Shown: piece by piece, positions 41,658-49,646 of the stretch
How positions within the stretch are numbered: the first letter of the stretch is position 1
Layout of the letters: every line of letters starts with the position of its first letter
Source: a virus
Taxonomy: Duplodnaviria > Caudoviricetes
Reading direction: 5' to 3' (one strand)
Length of the DNA stretch: 55,662 bases
Virus record (IMG/VR): IMGVR_UViG_3300010150_000023
Coordinates: 1 to 55,662 of that record
The notes under the pieces: generated by a model
What the model saw: the letters and a program-made list of their open reading frames with translations, nothing else
What the model was told of the DNA's origin: nothing
The model's database searches: none
Program-made: the position numbers and the translations under genes

Positions 41658-42948
41658 TCATTTCCTCGTAGTGTAAAGTTGTACCAAACGGTGCTTCGGT
41701 CTTTTTATCATGATGTGAATGTAATAAAAATAATGTATCACAATAATCTGCATCACCCCATGAGTCCCATGTATATCCATCTGTAAACATAATGAACTTT
41801 TTAGGAACAATATCTCTGTCTTTCATGTACTGCCAGTTAACGTCAAAGTCAGTGCCGCCACCGCCCATAACTTCGTAGTCACGTAAGTCTTCTCCACCAT
41901 CAGCAGTAAATTCTTGTTCGTTATATACCTTTGTATCAAAGCACCATACAGTAATTTTGTAATCTGCATACTGATCCATAATGCCTTGTACTTCACTTAA
42001 AAAGTCTGTTGCTTGTGAATTACCAATTGATCCTGACATGTCAATACTAACACATAGTTCAATTGAATCGTCAAAGTTTTGTCCTGGAAGTACTGCACTA
42101 GTATGCCAGCCTTTACGTGAAGGTTTCATAAATGTAAAGTCATTTTTTACAGTAGATTGAATCTGCTGTGAAATAATTTCACGCCAGTTCATTTTAGGCT
42201 CTGTAAGTTCTTTAATCATACGTTGCACTTCGCCTGGTGTATTACCTGCACCTGCCGCTTGTGCCGCTTGCATCATGCCTTCTTTAATTTCGTCTTTAAT
42301 TTGTTTTGCTTCTGCTTTAGTCATCTTAGGCTTTTTCTTAGATGTACCGTTGCCGTTTGAATCTTTACCTTCGCCGTTGTCGCCCGGTTGATCACCACCT
42401 TCTGCTTCAAGGTGCTCGTCTAGTAACTCACCTAATTGTTCTAAGTAGTCTTTTCCGTTCTGTTTTGCAGTTTCGTATATGTCATCATATACTTGCTCAC
42501 CGCTCCAACCTTCATATTTAAAGTCTTGATAGCAGTCTACTAGTTTAGGCTTTTCACCAATACGATCACGTACTAGTAAGTTATTAACTAGATAGTCAAC
42601 AGCAATATTCCAAATCAAAGGCTGTCGATCTTCTCTACGATCCATGTGTCCAAAAACACAATGTAAAATTTCATGTGCAATAACAAATTCAATTTCTTTG
42701 TTTGACATTGCATTAAAGAACTGAGTGTTGTAATAAAGGTTGCGTCCGTCTACAGCGGCAGTAGGTAACCAATCATCTGCGGCTAAAATGCGTAAACGTG
42801 TTGCCATGTTGCCAAAGAATGGATGACGCAACAACAAACCTACACGAGCAATAATAATGCGGTCATATACTTCTACTCGCATTTCTTCTAGTGCTTCTGG
42901 TGTTATATTAAGGTCTGGTTCCCAAAGTTTAGTTCCTGCAACGCTCAT
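41650..42948 (-). CDS. HEXXH metallopeptidase-like domain fused to a VWA domain (DUF2201-type)
   Basis: TAAVDG, AHEILH, WNIAVD; MIDAS DMSGS, GGGTDF, FTDG. Confidence 0.9.
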   Translation of the reverse strand: MSVAGTKLWEPDLNITPEALEEMRVEVYDRIIIARVGLLLRHPFFGNMATRLRILAADDWLPTAAVDGRNLYYNTQFFNAMSNKEIEFVIAHEILHCVFGHMDRREDRQPLIWNIAVDYLVNNLLVRDRIGEKPKLVDCYQDFKYEGWSGEQVYDDIYETAKQNGKDYLEQLGELLDEHLEAEGGDQPGDNGEGKDSNGNGTSKKKPKMTKAEAKQIKDEIKEGMMQAAQAAGAGNTPGEVQRMIKELTEPKMNWREIISQQIQSTVKNDFTFMKPSRKGWHTSAVLPGQNFDDSIELCVSIDMSGSIGNSQATDFLSEVQGIMDQYADYKITVWCFDTKVYNEQEFTADGGEDLRDYEVMGGGGTDFDVNWQYMKDRDIVPKKFIMFTDGYTWDSWGDADYCDTLFLLHSHHDKKTEAPFGTTLHYEEMSA

Positions 42949-42983
42949 GTTCTTATGCCCTTTTGTTTGTTACTATACTTATT

Positions 42984-43011
42984 AGTATACACTCTTTACA
43001 CTAAAAGTCAA
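42984..43011 (-). promoter_or_regulatory. Sigma70-type promoter for the VWA gene
   Basis: TTGACT-16 nt-TATACT; near-copy at 44206-44233. Confidence 0.7.
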
Positions 43012-43012
43012 T

Positions 43013-43044
43013 ATAAAATGGACGTTTTTTAATGAGAACGTCCA
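43013..43044 (-). terminator. Probable intrinsic terminator after the AAA gene
   Basis: TGGACGTT/AACGTCCA 8-bp stem followed by TTTTAT on the minus strand. Confidence 0.6.
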
Positions 43045-43061
43045 AAACTCTACACACCATA

Positions 43062-44174
43062 TTAAGACTGTTGTGCGGCCTTAATATACTTTCCAAAACG
43101 ATCGTGGAATTCATCAAAGCATTCCACTTCATCTGGATCAATGGGCAAAGCGTACTGAGTGAGTGCTACTTTAACACCCATGACAACCAATTCAGTTTCA
43201 AAATTGTCCATTGCAAAGCGTAAAAAGTTATTCACTTTTTCATCAAACTTCTTATCATTTGCATCTGACGCTTCTTTAAGTTCGTAGCAAAGTGATACAG
43301 TCAGGGAATACATTGCACTGATTTCTGTCTGTTTCAACTCTTTAACCTTACCTGACAAAATGTCAGTTGGGTTAGGCATAGATGCCGCTACTTTACGGTG
43401 TGCCATAAACTTAATGGCTAACCCTTCGCCGACTGTACCTGATGTAAGATCAGTTGTAGTTTCGACGTCGAGTTCGTCTTCTAATAGTTCACTTACAAAT
43501 GTCCAACTACGTGGAGTTGCAAATGAACGACTTGGTGACTTTGGATCAAAGTCGTATAAATCTTTCTTACTAAACTGTAAAAAACCTACTACATCGTTAT
43601 GTATCTTTTTATCTACAGCCCAATCAAACCAATCTGCAAAGTTAACCTCTAACTCTAAGTGGATGAAACGGTTTGCTAACGGAGCAGGCATTCTGTATGT
43701 AACACCTTTGTCAGCTTCACGGTTACCAGCCGCAACAATTAGTACATTGTCTGGTAGTTTGTATGCTCCAACCTTACGGTTAAGAATAAGTTGATAAGCC
43801 GCCGCTTGTACAGCAGGTGCCGCAGAGTTCATTTCATCTAAGAACAATACAATGTTGTCGTATTGTGCCGCAAATTCTTCACTTGGAAGTTCTACAGGCG
43901 GTGCCCATTTCATTGTGTTATCGTTAGCGGCATAATAAGGCATGCCTTTAATATCTGTTGGATCCCATAAAGACAAACGAATGTCAATCAAGTGTGAATT
44001 GGGTAAACTGTTAGCCACTTGTTCGACTATTTCAGATTTACCAATACCTGGAGGTCCCCAAAGAAAGATTGGACGCTTCTTTTTAAGAGCGTGTTTAATT
44101 GATTTTTTAGCCTTATTAGGGCTTACGGTGCGTAGTGCTACATTTTCCATATTATATTCCTCTTGTGTTGTCAT
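43062..44174 (-). CDS. MoxR-like AAA+ ATPase (start may be the second Met, MENVALR)
   Basis: Walker A GPPGIGKS, Walker B FLDEMN, AAGN, PLANRF, TPRSW; adjacent VWA partner. Confidence 0.9.
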   Translation of the reverse strand: MTTQEEYNMENVALRTVSPNKAKKSIKHALKKKRPIFLWGPPGIGKSEIVEQVANSLPNSHLIDIRLSLWDPTDIKGMPYYAANDNTMKWAPPVELPSEEFAAQYDNIVLFLDEMNSAAPAVQAAAYQLILNRKVGAYKLPDNVLIVAAGNREADKGVTYRMPAPLANRFIHLELEVNFADWFDWAVDKKIHNDVVGFLQFSKKDLYDFDPKSPSRSFATPRSWTFVSELLEDELDVETTTDLTSGTVGEGLAIKFMAHRKVAASMPNPTDILSGKVKELKQTEISAMYSLTVSLCYELKEASDANDKKFDEKVNNFLRFAMDNFETELVVMGVKVALTQYALPIDPDEVECFDEFHDRFGKYIKAAQQS

Positions 44175-44205
44175 CAGTGCTAAGTTAATTTCTAACTATA
44201 CATAT

Positions 44206-44233
44206 AGTATACACTCTACAGAATAAAAGTCAA
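44206..44233 (-). promoter_or_regulatory. Sigma70-type promoter for the AAA gene
   Basis: TTGACTTTT-N7-AGAGTGTATACT, same layout as 42984-43011. Confidence 0.7.
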
Positions 44234-44257
44234 CCACTAAGTTGCCAAAATGTTAAA

Positions 44258-44632
44258 TTATTTTTCGTGTCGGTTCATTGCTTTAGTAAGACCGTATTTA
44301 CGTAGGTCTCCACTAAACAAATGTAGTTCCATTGCTTTCTTTTCGCCTGTTACTACAATCGAATTATGGGTAAGATAGTAAGGACAGTCAATAAACTTGT
44401 CTAAGAAGATAATGACTTGTGTTGTAAGGGGCATATCTTTTGGATACGGCACATCGTATGTCGCAAGATCTATTTCGGTTAAGACATCAAAACCTAATTC
44501 AGTGAGACATAGTCCGCCTGCTTGTCTAGGGTTCTTCCACCATAAGGGCATAAATTCTTTAACTGATATATCGTTTGATGTTTTGCCTAGTTGATTGAGG
44601 AAGATTTTGGTATAAGTCTCTTTCCAGTTCAT
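44258..44632 (-). CDS. Hypothetical protein
   Basis: 124 aa; ATGA overlap with the upstream gene. Confidence 0.75.
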   Translation of the reverse strand: MNWKETYTKIFLNQLGKTSNDISVKEFMPLWWKNPRQAGGLCLTELGFDVLTEIDLATYDVPYPKDMPLTTQVIIFLDKFIDCPYYLTHNSIVVTGEKKAMELHLFSGDLRKYGLTKAMNRHEK

Positions 44633-44919
44633 ATCTCTGTTTCTAATTCACCTGTTGATAACTTATATACCGCAAATTCGTCTGTATTAAACATGTCGTT
44701 TAACTTCTTTGCTAAGTTATGAGCGTGTCCGGGGTTAGAAAAAGATACCTTCTTATACTTAGGTCCTGGATAGTTTGTGATAGAGTTTAAACTCTTTAGG
44801 TTGAAAGGTTTGTTGTTGTAGAACACTGCCCAGATAGCATCTGCATCTAGAACTTGTTCAGCTCTATATGTTTTCTTATCTATGTGTTCTAGCAATACGG
44901 TTGGTTTAGGCCTACTCAT
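44629..44919 (-). CDS. Hypothetical protein
   Basis: 96 aa; AAGGAG SD; MSRPKP...YPGPKYKKVSFSNPGHA. Confidence 0.8.
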   Translation of the reverse strand: MSRPKPTVLLEHIDKKTYRAEQVLDADAIWAVFYNNKPFNLKSLNSITNYPGPKYKKVSFSNPGHAHNLAKKLNDMFNTDEFAVYKLSTGELETEI

Positions 44920-44957
44920 ATGCGTATACTCCTTAAAATTATATACGCATATATTTA
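44918..44957 (-). promoter_or_regulatory. Late box TAAATA plus an 11-bp hairpin covering the translation start of 44629-44919
   Basis: ATATGCGTATA (44918-44928)/TATACGCATAT (44942-44952); TAAATA at 44957-44952. Confidence 0.7.
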
Positions 44958-44983
44958 TCTCTTTTTACAGTTAAGTATGTAGT

Positions 44984-45223
44984 TTACTTCCAGTCAGTTC
45001 CGCCGTCTAACCTTACTTCAATGTCACTTCCGCCGCCACTATTTTCCTTAACGTATCTTTCTAAGTCGCCTTCTAGTCTTGCCATTACTATACCTAACGT
45101 GTATGCAAGGTTCTTGGCTTGTGCTATAGGAAGTTTAACTTCTCTAGAATTTGATAAATCTGCAGACTTAGTTTGCTGTAGAAACATCTGTATTGAAGAA
45201 GTGTTTAACGGCTCACTTGACAT
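44984..45223 (-). CDS. Hypothetical protein
   Basis: 79-aa ORF in the co-oriented run. Confidence 0.7.
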   Translation of the reverse strand: MSSEPLNTSSIQMFLQQTKSADLSNSREVKLPIAQAKNLAYTLGIVMARLEGDLERYVKENSGGGSDIEVRLDGGTDWK

Positions 45224-45683
45224 TTGCTTTACTCAACGCTGACTTCATTTCAAGATCTGTTTTAAACGGTCCTTCAAATTCGTAACGTTCTACAGTAAGT
45301 AGTTTAGGACAAAAGCTCTTTACCCAACCTTTGTCAAAGTGTATAATGTAATATCCTGCACAATACAAGCTCTTACTCTTATTACTTTTAGTAAACAATG
45401 GTAGTTTACGCTGTACATCTAGCATAGGATTGTAAGGATGTGTGCTTGTTGGAAAGTTATAAACTTCTTTTTCCGGCTTCTCTTCTGGCTCTTCTAGTAC
45501 TTCGCTAATCAGTACACCGTCGCCGAACGTACTCTTTAGTGCCTTTTTACTGTCAAAATAAGCAGTTCCTGTAGGGCCACTAAACATATACTTGTCTTCA
45601 CTAATACTTAAAGTTCCAACACGTACACCTTCTTCTTCAAGAATCCAAAATTTGTCTTTAAGAATAGTTTTTGTTTTTATCAT
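45213..45683 (-). CDS. Hypothetical protein (start revised to MIKTKT)
   Basis: ATG at 45683 forms an ATGA overlap with the RNase H stop. Confidence 0.75.
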   Translation of the reverse strand: MIKTKTILKDKFWILEEEGVRVGTLSISEDKYMFSGPTGTAYFDSKKALKSTFGDGVLISEVLEEPEEKPEKEVYNFPTSTHPYNPMLDVQRKLPLFTKSNKSKSLYCAGYYIIHFDKGWVKSFCPKLLTVERYEFEGPFKTDLEMKSALSKANVK

Positions 45684-46666
45684 TGTGGATACCTCGCTTG
45701 TAATGGTTCTGCAAAGGTTGCCGCCTGATCTGCAATACGTTGCATATCCCACTTAGCACAAAACTTCATAAGTCTCATGCCTACTTGTGCTACTTCTTTA
45801 GGCTTAGCATTCTCTGCAATAGTATTATTAATTATCTCTCTAATGTCTGCAGGTTGTGCAGTCAAATCACATAGTGTAACATTACGTGTATAGTCATCTA
45901 GTACACGATGCTCTACACCTTCATGATCAACCCAACGTTGTAGCATCATGTTATTCCAGTTGTAGCCTTTACTGTCTTTATCAGCATATGCTTCAATAAG
46001 GCCTACTTTGTTCTTAGTGCCTTTCTTACGTACACCTGGATATGCACTAAACACATTATCACTAGTGTCGCCACGCATACACTTTTCAAACAACATAAAG
46101 TCAGGGTCAGGTGCAGGCTTTTCTAGTTTAGTCTTCTTGTCAATAACACGATCACCTTTCTTGTCAAAGTAACCTTCGTGTGTAATTGTAACGTCTTGTA
46201 TACCATTGTACTGTTTTACATTAGGTGCAATAAGTTGTGCAAAGTCACCGTCGGTACTAATAATAATATGTGTATCATTAGGATGTGCTTGTACCCAACC
46301 TGCAATAAGATCATCAGCTTCTAGTTGCGGATGACGCATAACAGTACAGTTAGTCTTTTCTGTAACAAAGTTCTTAAACTCATCGAAGATCTCCCAAAAG
46401 ACTTTATCTTCTTCTGACTCAGTTACAGTCATCTTATCACGTGCAACTTGTCTGTTACGCTTGTAAGGTTCGTAAAAGTCTTTGCGCCAGCTACGTCCTT
46501 CTAAACAGAACACTACATGATCAGCATTAAAGTCTGCCCATGCTTTCTTAACACCACTTAGTGTAATGTGTAATGCCATACCTACTTTAGTATCAATATC
46601 GCCACGTACAACGTGTCGAGCTCTAAAGAACGTGTTTGCTGTGTCTACTAATATATGAGTTGCCAT
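45680..46666 (-). CDS. rnh: T4 RNase H-like 5'-3' exonuclease (FEN family)
   Basis: ILVD..N, SWRK..Y..YK.NR, EADDLIA, ISTDGDF.QL, GDTSDN; start revised to MATHILVD. Confidence 0.9.
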   Translation of the reverse strand: MATHILVDTANTFFRARHVVRGDIDTKVGMALHITLSGVKKAWADFNADHVVFCLEGRSWRKDFYEPYKRNRQVARDKMTVTESEEDKVFWEIFDEFKNFVTEKTNCTVMRHPQLEADDLIAGWVQAHPNDTHIIISTDGDFAQLIAPNVKQYNGIQDVTITHEGYFDKKGDRVIDKKTKLEKPAPDPDFMLFEKCMRGDTSDNVFSAYPGVRKKGTKNKVGLIEAYADKDSKGYNWNNMMLQRWVDHEGVEHRVLDDYTRNVTLCDLTAQPADIREIINNTIAENAKPKEVAQVGMRLMKFCAKWDMQRIADQAATFAEPLQARYPQ

Positions 46667-46667
46667 A

Positions 46668-46754
46668 TTATGAACACCCCGATACGCATATTGAGAACAA
46701 GTCGCCATTCTGTATCAATGCAACTAATAGTGTAATGCCTATAATTTCTAACAT
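46668..46754 (-). CDS. 28-aa hydrophobic micropeptide (below the ORF-track cutoff)
   Basis: MLEIIGITLLVALIQNGDLFSICVSGCS; fills the gap between the promoter and rnh; AAGG upstream; stop 1 nt before the rnh ATG. Confidence 0.5.
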   Translation of the reverse strand: MLEIIGITLLVALIQNGDLFSICVSGCS

Positions 46755-46783
46755 AGTTTTGCCTTTGTATAATTTATAGTACT

Positions 46784-46812
46784 ATTGTAACACCAGATCT
46801 GGCTGTTGTCAA
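46784..46812 (-). promoter_or_regulatory. Sigma70-type promoter with a 10-bp palindrome in the spacer
   Basis: TTGACA-17 nt-TACAAT; CCAGATCTGG at 46793-46802. Confidence 0.7.
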
Positions 46813-46815
46813 GCA

Positions 46816-47208
46816 TTAAGATACTTCACTCTTACCTTTATCGATAGGTACTACGTTAATGTAGCCCATATCTCTATCTGGGTCTTGACCATCTTCTTGA
46901 AGCATTTGCGTTACAATAGTTTTAAACCACTGATCAACAATCTCTTCATTTGATTCACCTTGATAACCTGCGTCAAGTAATTGTTCAATAAACTCATTAT
47001 TCCAATCGAGCTCAAAGAACCCGTTTCGAATGTTATCTTCATTTACTTGTGTATCTAATACTGCTACCCAAGGTTTACCTGCTTTAGTAGCAACTACCTT
47101 TTCGTTTTCTAATGCTGAACGTCTAACTTCTTCTGATGTTGGCTCTTTTACTTCTTCAGTTGTATCTGAGCCGGTTTGCATTTTTACTAGTTTATTCCAC
47201 CATCCCAT
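46816..47208 (-). CDS. Hypothetical protein
   Basis: 130 aa; GFFELDWN..FI..L...GY. Confidence 0.8.
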   Translation of the reverse strand: MGWWNKLVKMQTGSDTTEEVKEPTSEEVRRSALENEKVVATKAGKPWVAVLDTQVNEDNIRNGFFELDWNNEFIEQLLDAGYQGESNEEIVDQWFKTIVTQMLQEDGQDPDRDMGYINVVPIDKGKSEVS

Positions 47209-47305
47209 AATTTACCATCCTGCTTTTCTAATGCGATCTTCACTAATAGGAGCCTTCATAGCCCGTTCATGTTGTGCATTTTTATATTGTTTTTCTTTCA
47301 CTTGA

Positions 47306-48265
47306 TCAAGTGCCCCATGCATTTCCGAATAAGGATATGTGGAGTCTAGGGGTAAATCTCCATCCTCTTTCCATACACGCCTCCGCCACGTCTTTAACGT
47401 TGAGGGAATATTCTTCACTGCGTCCGCCCAACGGCATAAGATATACCGGACATTCCACCCCGGCACTTCTATAAGCGTCCACAGCTTTTGTAACTTCGTC
47501 AAAGTCGTTATCAGTAGCCACAACAAACTTAAGATAAAGTTCACTGCCGTCAACACGAGTATACTCGCGAGCAACATCAGGCTTAATAGCAGTCTCCCAA
47601 GGTTCTCCTGAGACACTAAGTTTTGGGGAACAACTCCAAGTGACTTCAAGTCTATCGCTATCATTGAGATAGTTGTAGAGATCGTCGTGTAAATGTTGTG
47701 TAGTGTTTGTTTCAAATGTAACATTTTTTAAATCCTGCATACGTGGATGCTCAAATAGTTCTACGTACAATCGTTGCCACGCCAACAAAGGTTCGCCGCC
47801 TGTCATAATCAAGTGTATATCTTGACCATTGTCCATTGTCCACTTACCTTCTGGAGTAAGCGATAGCAAGTGTTCAACTACTTCGTCTACAGATGCTTGT
47901 TTATTAAAGTGTTTAAACTCTGGGTAAATGCTTGCATATGTATCACACCCTGTATGTATGATAGGCAAGTCATTAAACTCAGCAGTAGTTTTGTGTACAT
48001 CACTAGCAATTAAGTCTGCAACTTCTTTATTGTGAACAATGCCTGCTTTTTGTTTTTCGTCACGCATTGGCTCATTATCTAAACCAAAGTTCATACAGCG
48101 GAAGTTACAACCGAAAGTACGCAGGAATACACTAGGTACTCCTACAAATTTACCTTCGCCTTGTACGCTATAAAATGCTTCTGAATATCTAAGTTTCATT
48201 TGTGGCTTTCTTTTAACAGCAGTAAACTCAGGCATTCCTAATTGATATGCTGGAGCTTCTATCAT
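47306..48265 (-). CDS. queE: 7-carboxy-7-deazaguanine synthase QueE-like radical SAM enzyme (start 48265 or 48199)
   Basis: EAFYSVQGEG, FLRTFGCNFRC...GCDT, TGGEP, FETN, SPKL, LKFVV, YLMP, TPRLH. Confidence 0.9.
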   Translation of the reverse strand: MIEAPAYQLGMPEFTAVKRKPQMKLRYSEAFYSVQGEGKFVGVPSVFLRTFGCNFRCMNFGLDNEPMRDEKQKAGIVHNKEVADLIASDVHKTTAEFNDLPIIHTGCDTYASIYPEFKHFNKQASVDEVVEHLLSLTPEGKWTMDNGQDIHLIMTGGEPLLAWQRLYVELFEHPRMQDLKNVTFETNTTQHLHDDLYNYLNDSDRLEVTWSCSPKLSVSGEPWETAIKPDVAREYTRVDGSELYLKFVVATDNDFDEVTKAVDAYRSAGVECPVYLMPLGGRSEEYSLNVKDVAEACMERGWRFTPRLHISLFGNAWGT

Positions 48266-48266
48266 A

Positions 48267-48956
48267 TTATGATCCTGCCGCAAATTGTTGTTGTAACTTA
48301 ACGTTGTCAATAAACTCTTTCTTAGTTGCAGGGTCATCTTTAAATGCACCACGCAATACAGTTGTTTGAGTTAATGAACTATGGGCTCTAATACCTCTGT
48401 TTTCACAACAACCATGTGTTGCTTGTACATATACACCTACGTGTTCACTACCTGTTTGTTCTTGTATTGCATTAGCAATCATAACATTTAGTTCTTCTTG
48501 TAGTGTACCTCTTGTAGCACACCATTGTGCAATACGTGTATACTTACTTAGTCCTAGTAATTTAGGTCCTGCAATAATACCAATATACGCTACACCTTTT
48601 ACTGTTTGGTGATGATGTGAACACAAACTTGTAAGTTCACTACGTACAACTAGCATACCTTCATAACCACCTTCAATGTAGTTAGGGAAAGCACTTGGGT
48701 TAGGCATTGGATCATAACGTCCTGCCATAATCTCATTGATGTACATTTTAGCCATACGTCTTGCAGTATCCATACTGTTAGGATCTGTTTTCGTATCAAT
48801 TAGTAACTTTTGCAACACTTCTTCAAAAGCAGGAACTGCTTCGTCAATTAGTTGTTGTTTGTCACCTTCTTCAATGTATTCAGCAATGTTATCATTTGCC
48901 CAATACCTTACGCCAGCTTCTTCTAGCTTTGCTTGGATTTCTTTACTTTTACTCAT
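48267..48956 (-). CDS. folE: GTP cyclohydrolase I
   Basis: TARRMAKMY, SLCSHH, GLSK..RI, LQEEL, HGCCENRG. Confidence 0.95.
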   Translation of the reverse strand: MSKSKEIQAKLEEAGVRYWANDNIAEYIEEGDKQQLIDEAVPAFEEVLQKLLIDTKTDPNSMDTARRMAKMYINEIMAGRYDPMPNPSAFPNYIEGGYEGMLVVRSELTSLCSHHHQTVKGVAYIGIIAGPKLLGLSKYTRIAQWCATRGTLQEELNVMIANAIQEQTGSEHVGVYVQATHGCCENRGIRAHSSLTQTTVLRGAFKDDPATKKEFIDNVKLQQQFAAGS

Positions 48957-49020
48957 TTATTTCTCCGATGTTTAGGCAGTGGATTGCCGATTTAGTAATA
49001 CAATGCACAATATAATTAAT

Positions 49021-49049
49021 ATTATACATTGTATTTAGGTTCTTGTCAA
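49021..49049 (-). promoter_or_regulatory. Perfect-consensus sigma70 promoter for folE-queE
   Basis: TTGACA (49049-49044), 17 nt, TATAAT (49026-49021). Confidence 0.85.
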
Positions 49050-49056
49050 GTATTTT

Positions 49057-49263
49057 CTACTCAAAGTGTGTAGTTATCATGTCTAGTCTATCACTAGCAG
49101 TAGCCATGGCATCTAATTCTTTTTGTATCGTTTCGATAATATCAGAATGTTCACCAATACCTACAACTTTTTCCATGTAAACTTCAATGTTTGTTTTATG
49201 CAACAGGATTTCAGCTTCTGCATGAGCTTTAACTGCCGCTATCATTTGTTGTTTCAAGTTCAT
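49057..49263 (-). CDS. Small hypothetical protein
   Basis: 68 aa; VGIGEHSDI; AGGA SD. Confidence 0.75.
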   Translation of the reverse strand: MNLKQQMIAAVKAHAEAEILLHKTNIEVYMEKVVGIGEHSDIIETIQKELDAMATASDRLDMITTHFE

Positions 49264-49646
49264 AGTTCCTTCCTATAGTTTCCTTTGCCCGGTATTACGT
49301 TGCGGACGCCACCGACTGGGTCCGGACAGTCCCCATCTCGACGAAATATTAGATGAACATGTGGGTACATAACAGTTTGACCTGCACTTTTTCCTATGTT
49401 CAATCCTATATTAAATCCTGTTATTGTAGTCTTATCGCTTACTACGTTATCATTGCCCATTGAGATAGCAAACTTAAAACATTTAGTTATTGTTTCTTGA
49501 TCGCTTACTTTAGGTACTATTAACATATGTCCTTCCGTTACTGGAAAGCCGTCGTTGAAGACTACAAATTCCTTTGTATTTATTTCCACATCTGTCCAAG
49601 GCGCTCGTCCTGACTCCTGTGCCTTTTCTAAGGTATCAATATTCAC
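49260..49646 (-). CDS. HIT family nucleotide hydrolase
   Basis: PVTEGHMLIVPK, GFNIG.N.G..AGQTVMYPHVHLI; first His of the HxHxH triad replaced by Tyr. Confidence 0.85.
   Translation of the reverse strand: MNIDTLEKAQESGRAPWTDVEINTKEFVVFNDGFPVTEGHMLIVPKVSDQETITKCFKFAISMGNDNVVSDKTTITGFNIGLNIGKSAGQTVMYPHVHLIFRRDGDCPDPVGGVRNVIPGKGNYRKEL

Noticed and set aside
47323-47724. 170-aa same-strand ORF overlapping queE
   Set aside because: It is an alternative frame inside a well-supported gene with no clear start signal. Only its 3' tail is kept as a weak candidate.
47306-48956. folE/queE as host-type queuosine or folate auxiliary genes
   Set aside because: No queA, queG, queF or folate genes are in the window, and the TGT-like protein is divergent and next to a DpdL-like gene. 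DNA modification fits better, though a tRNA role is not excluded.
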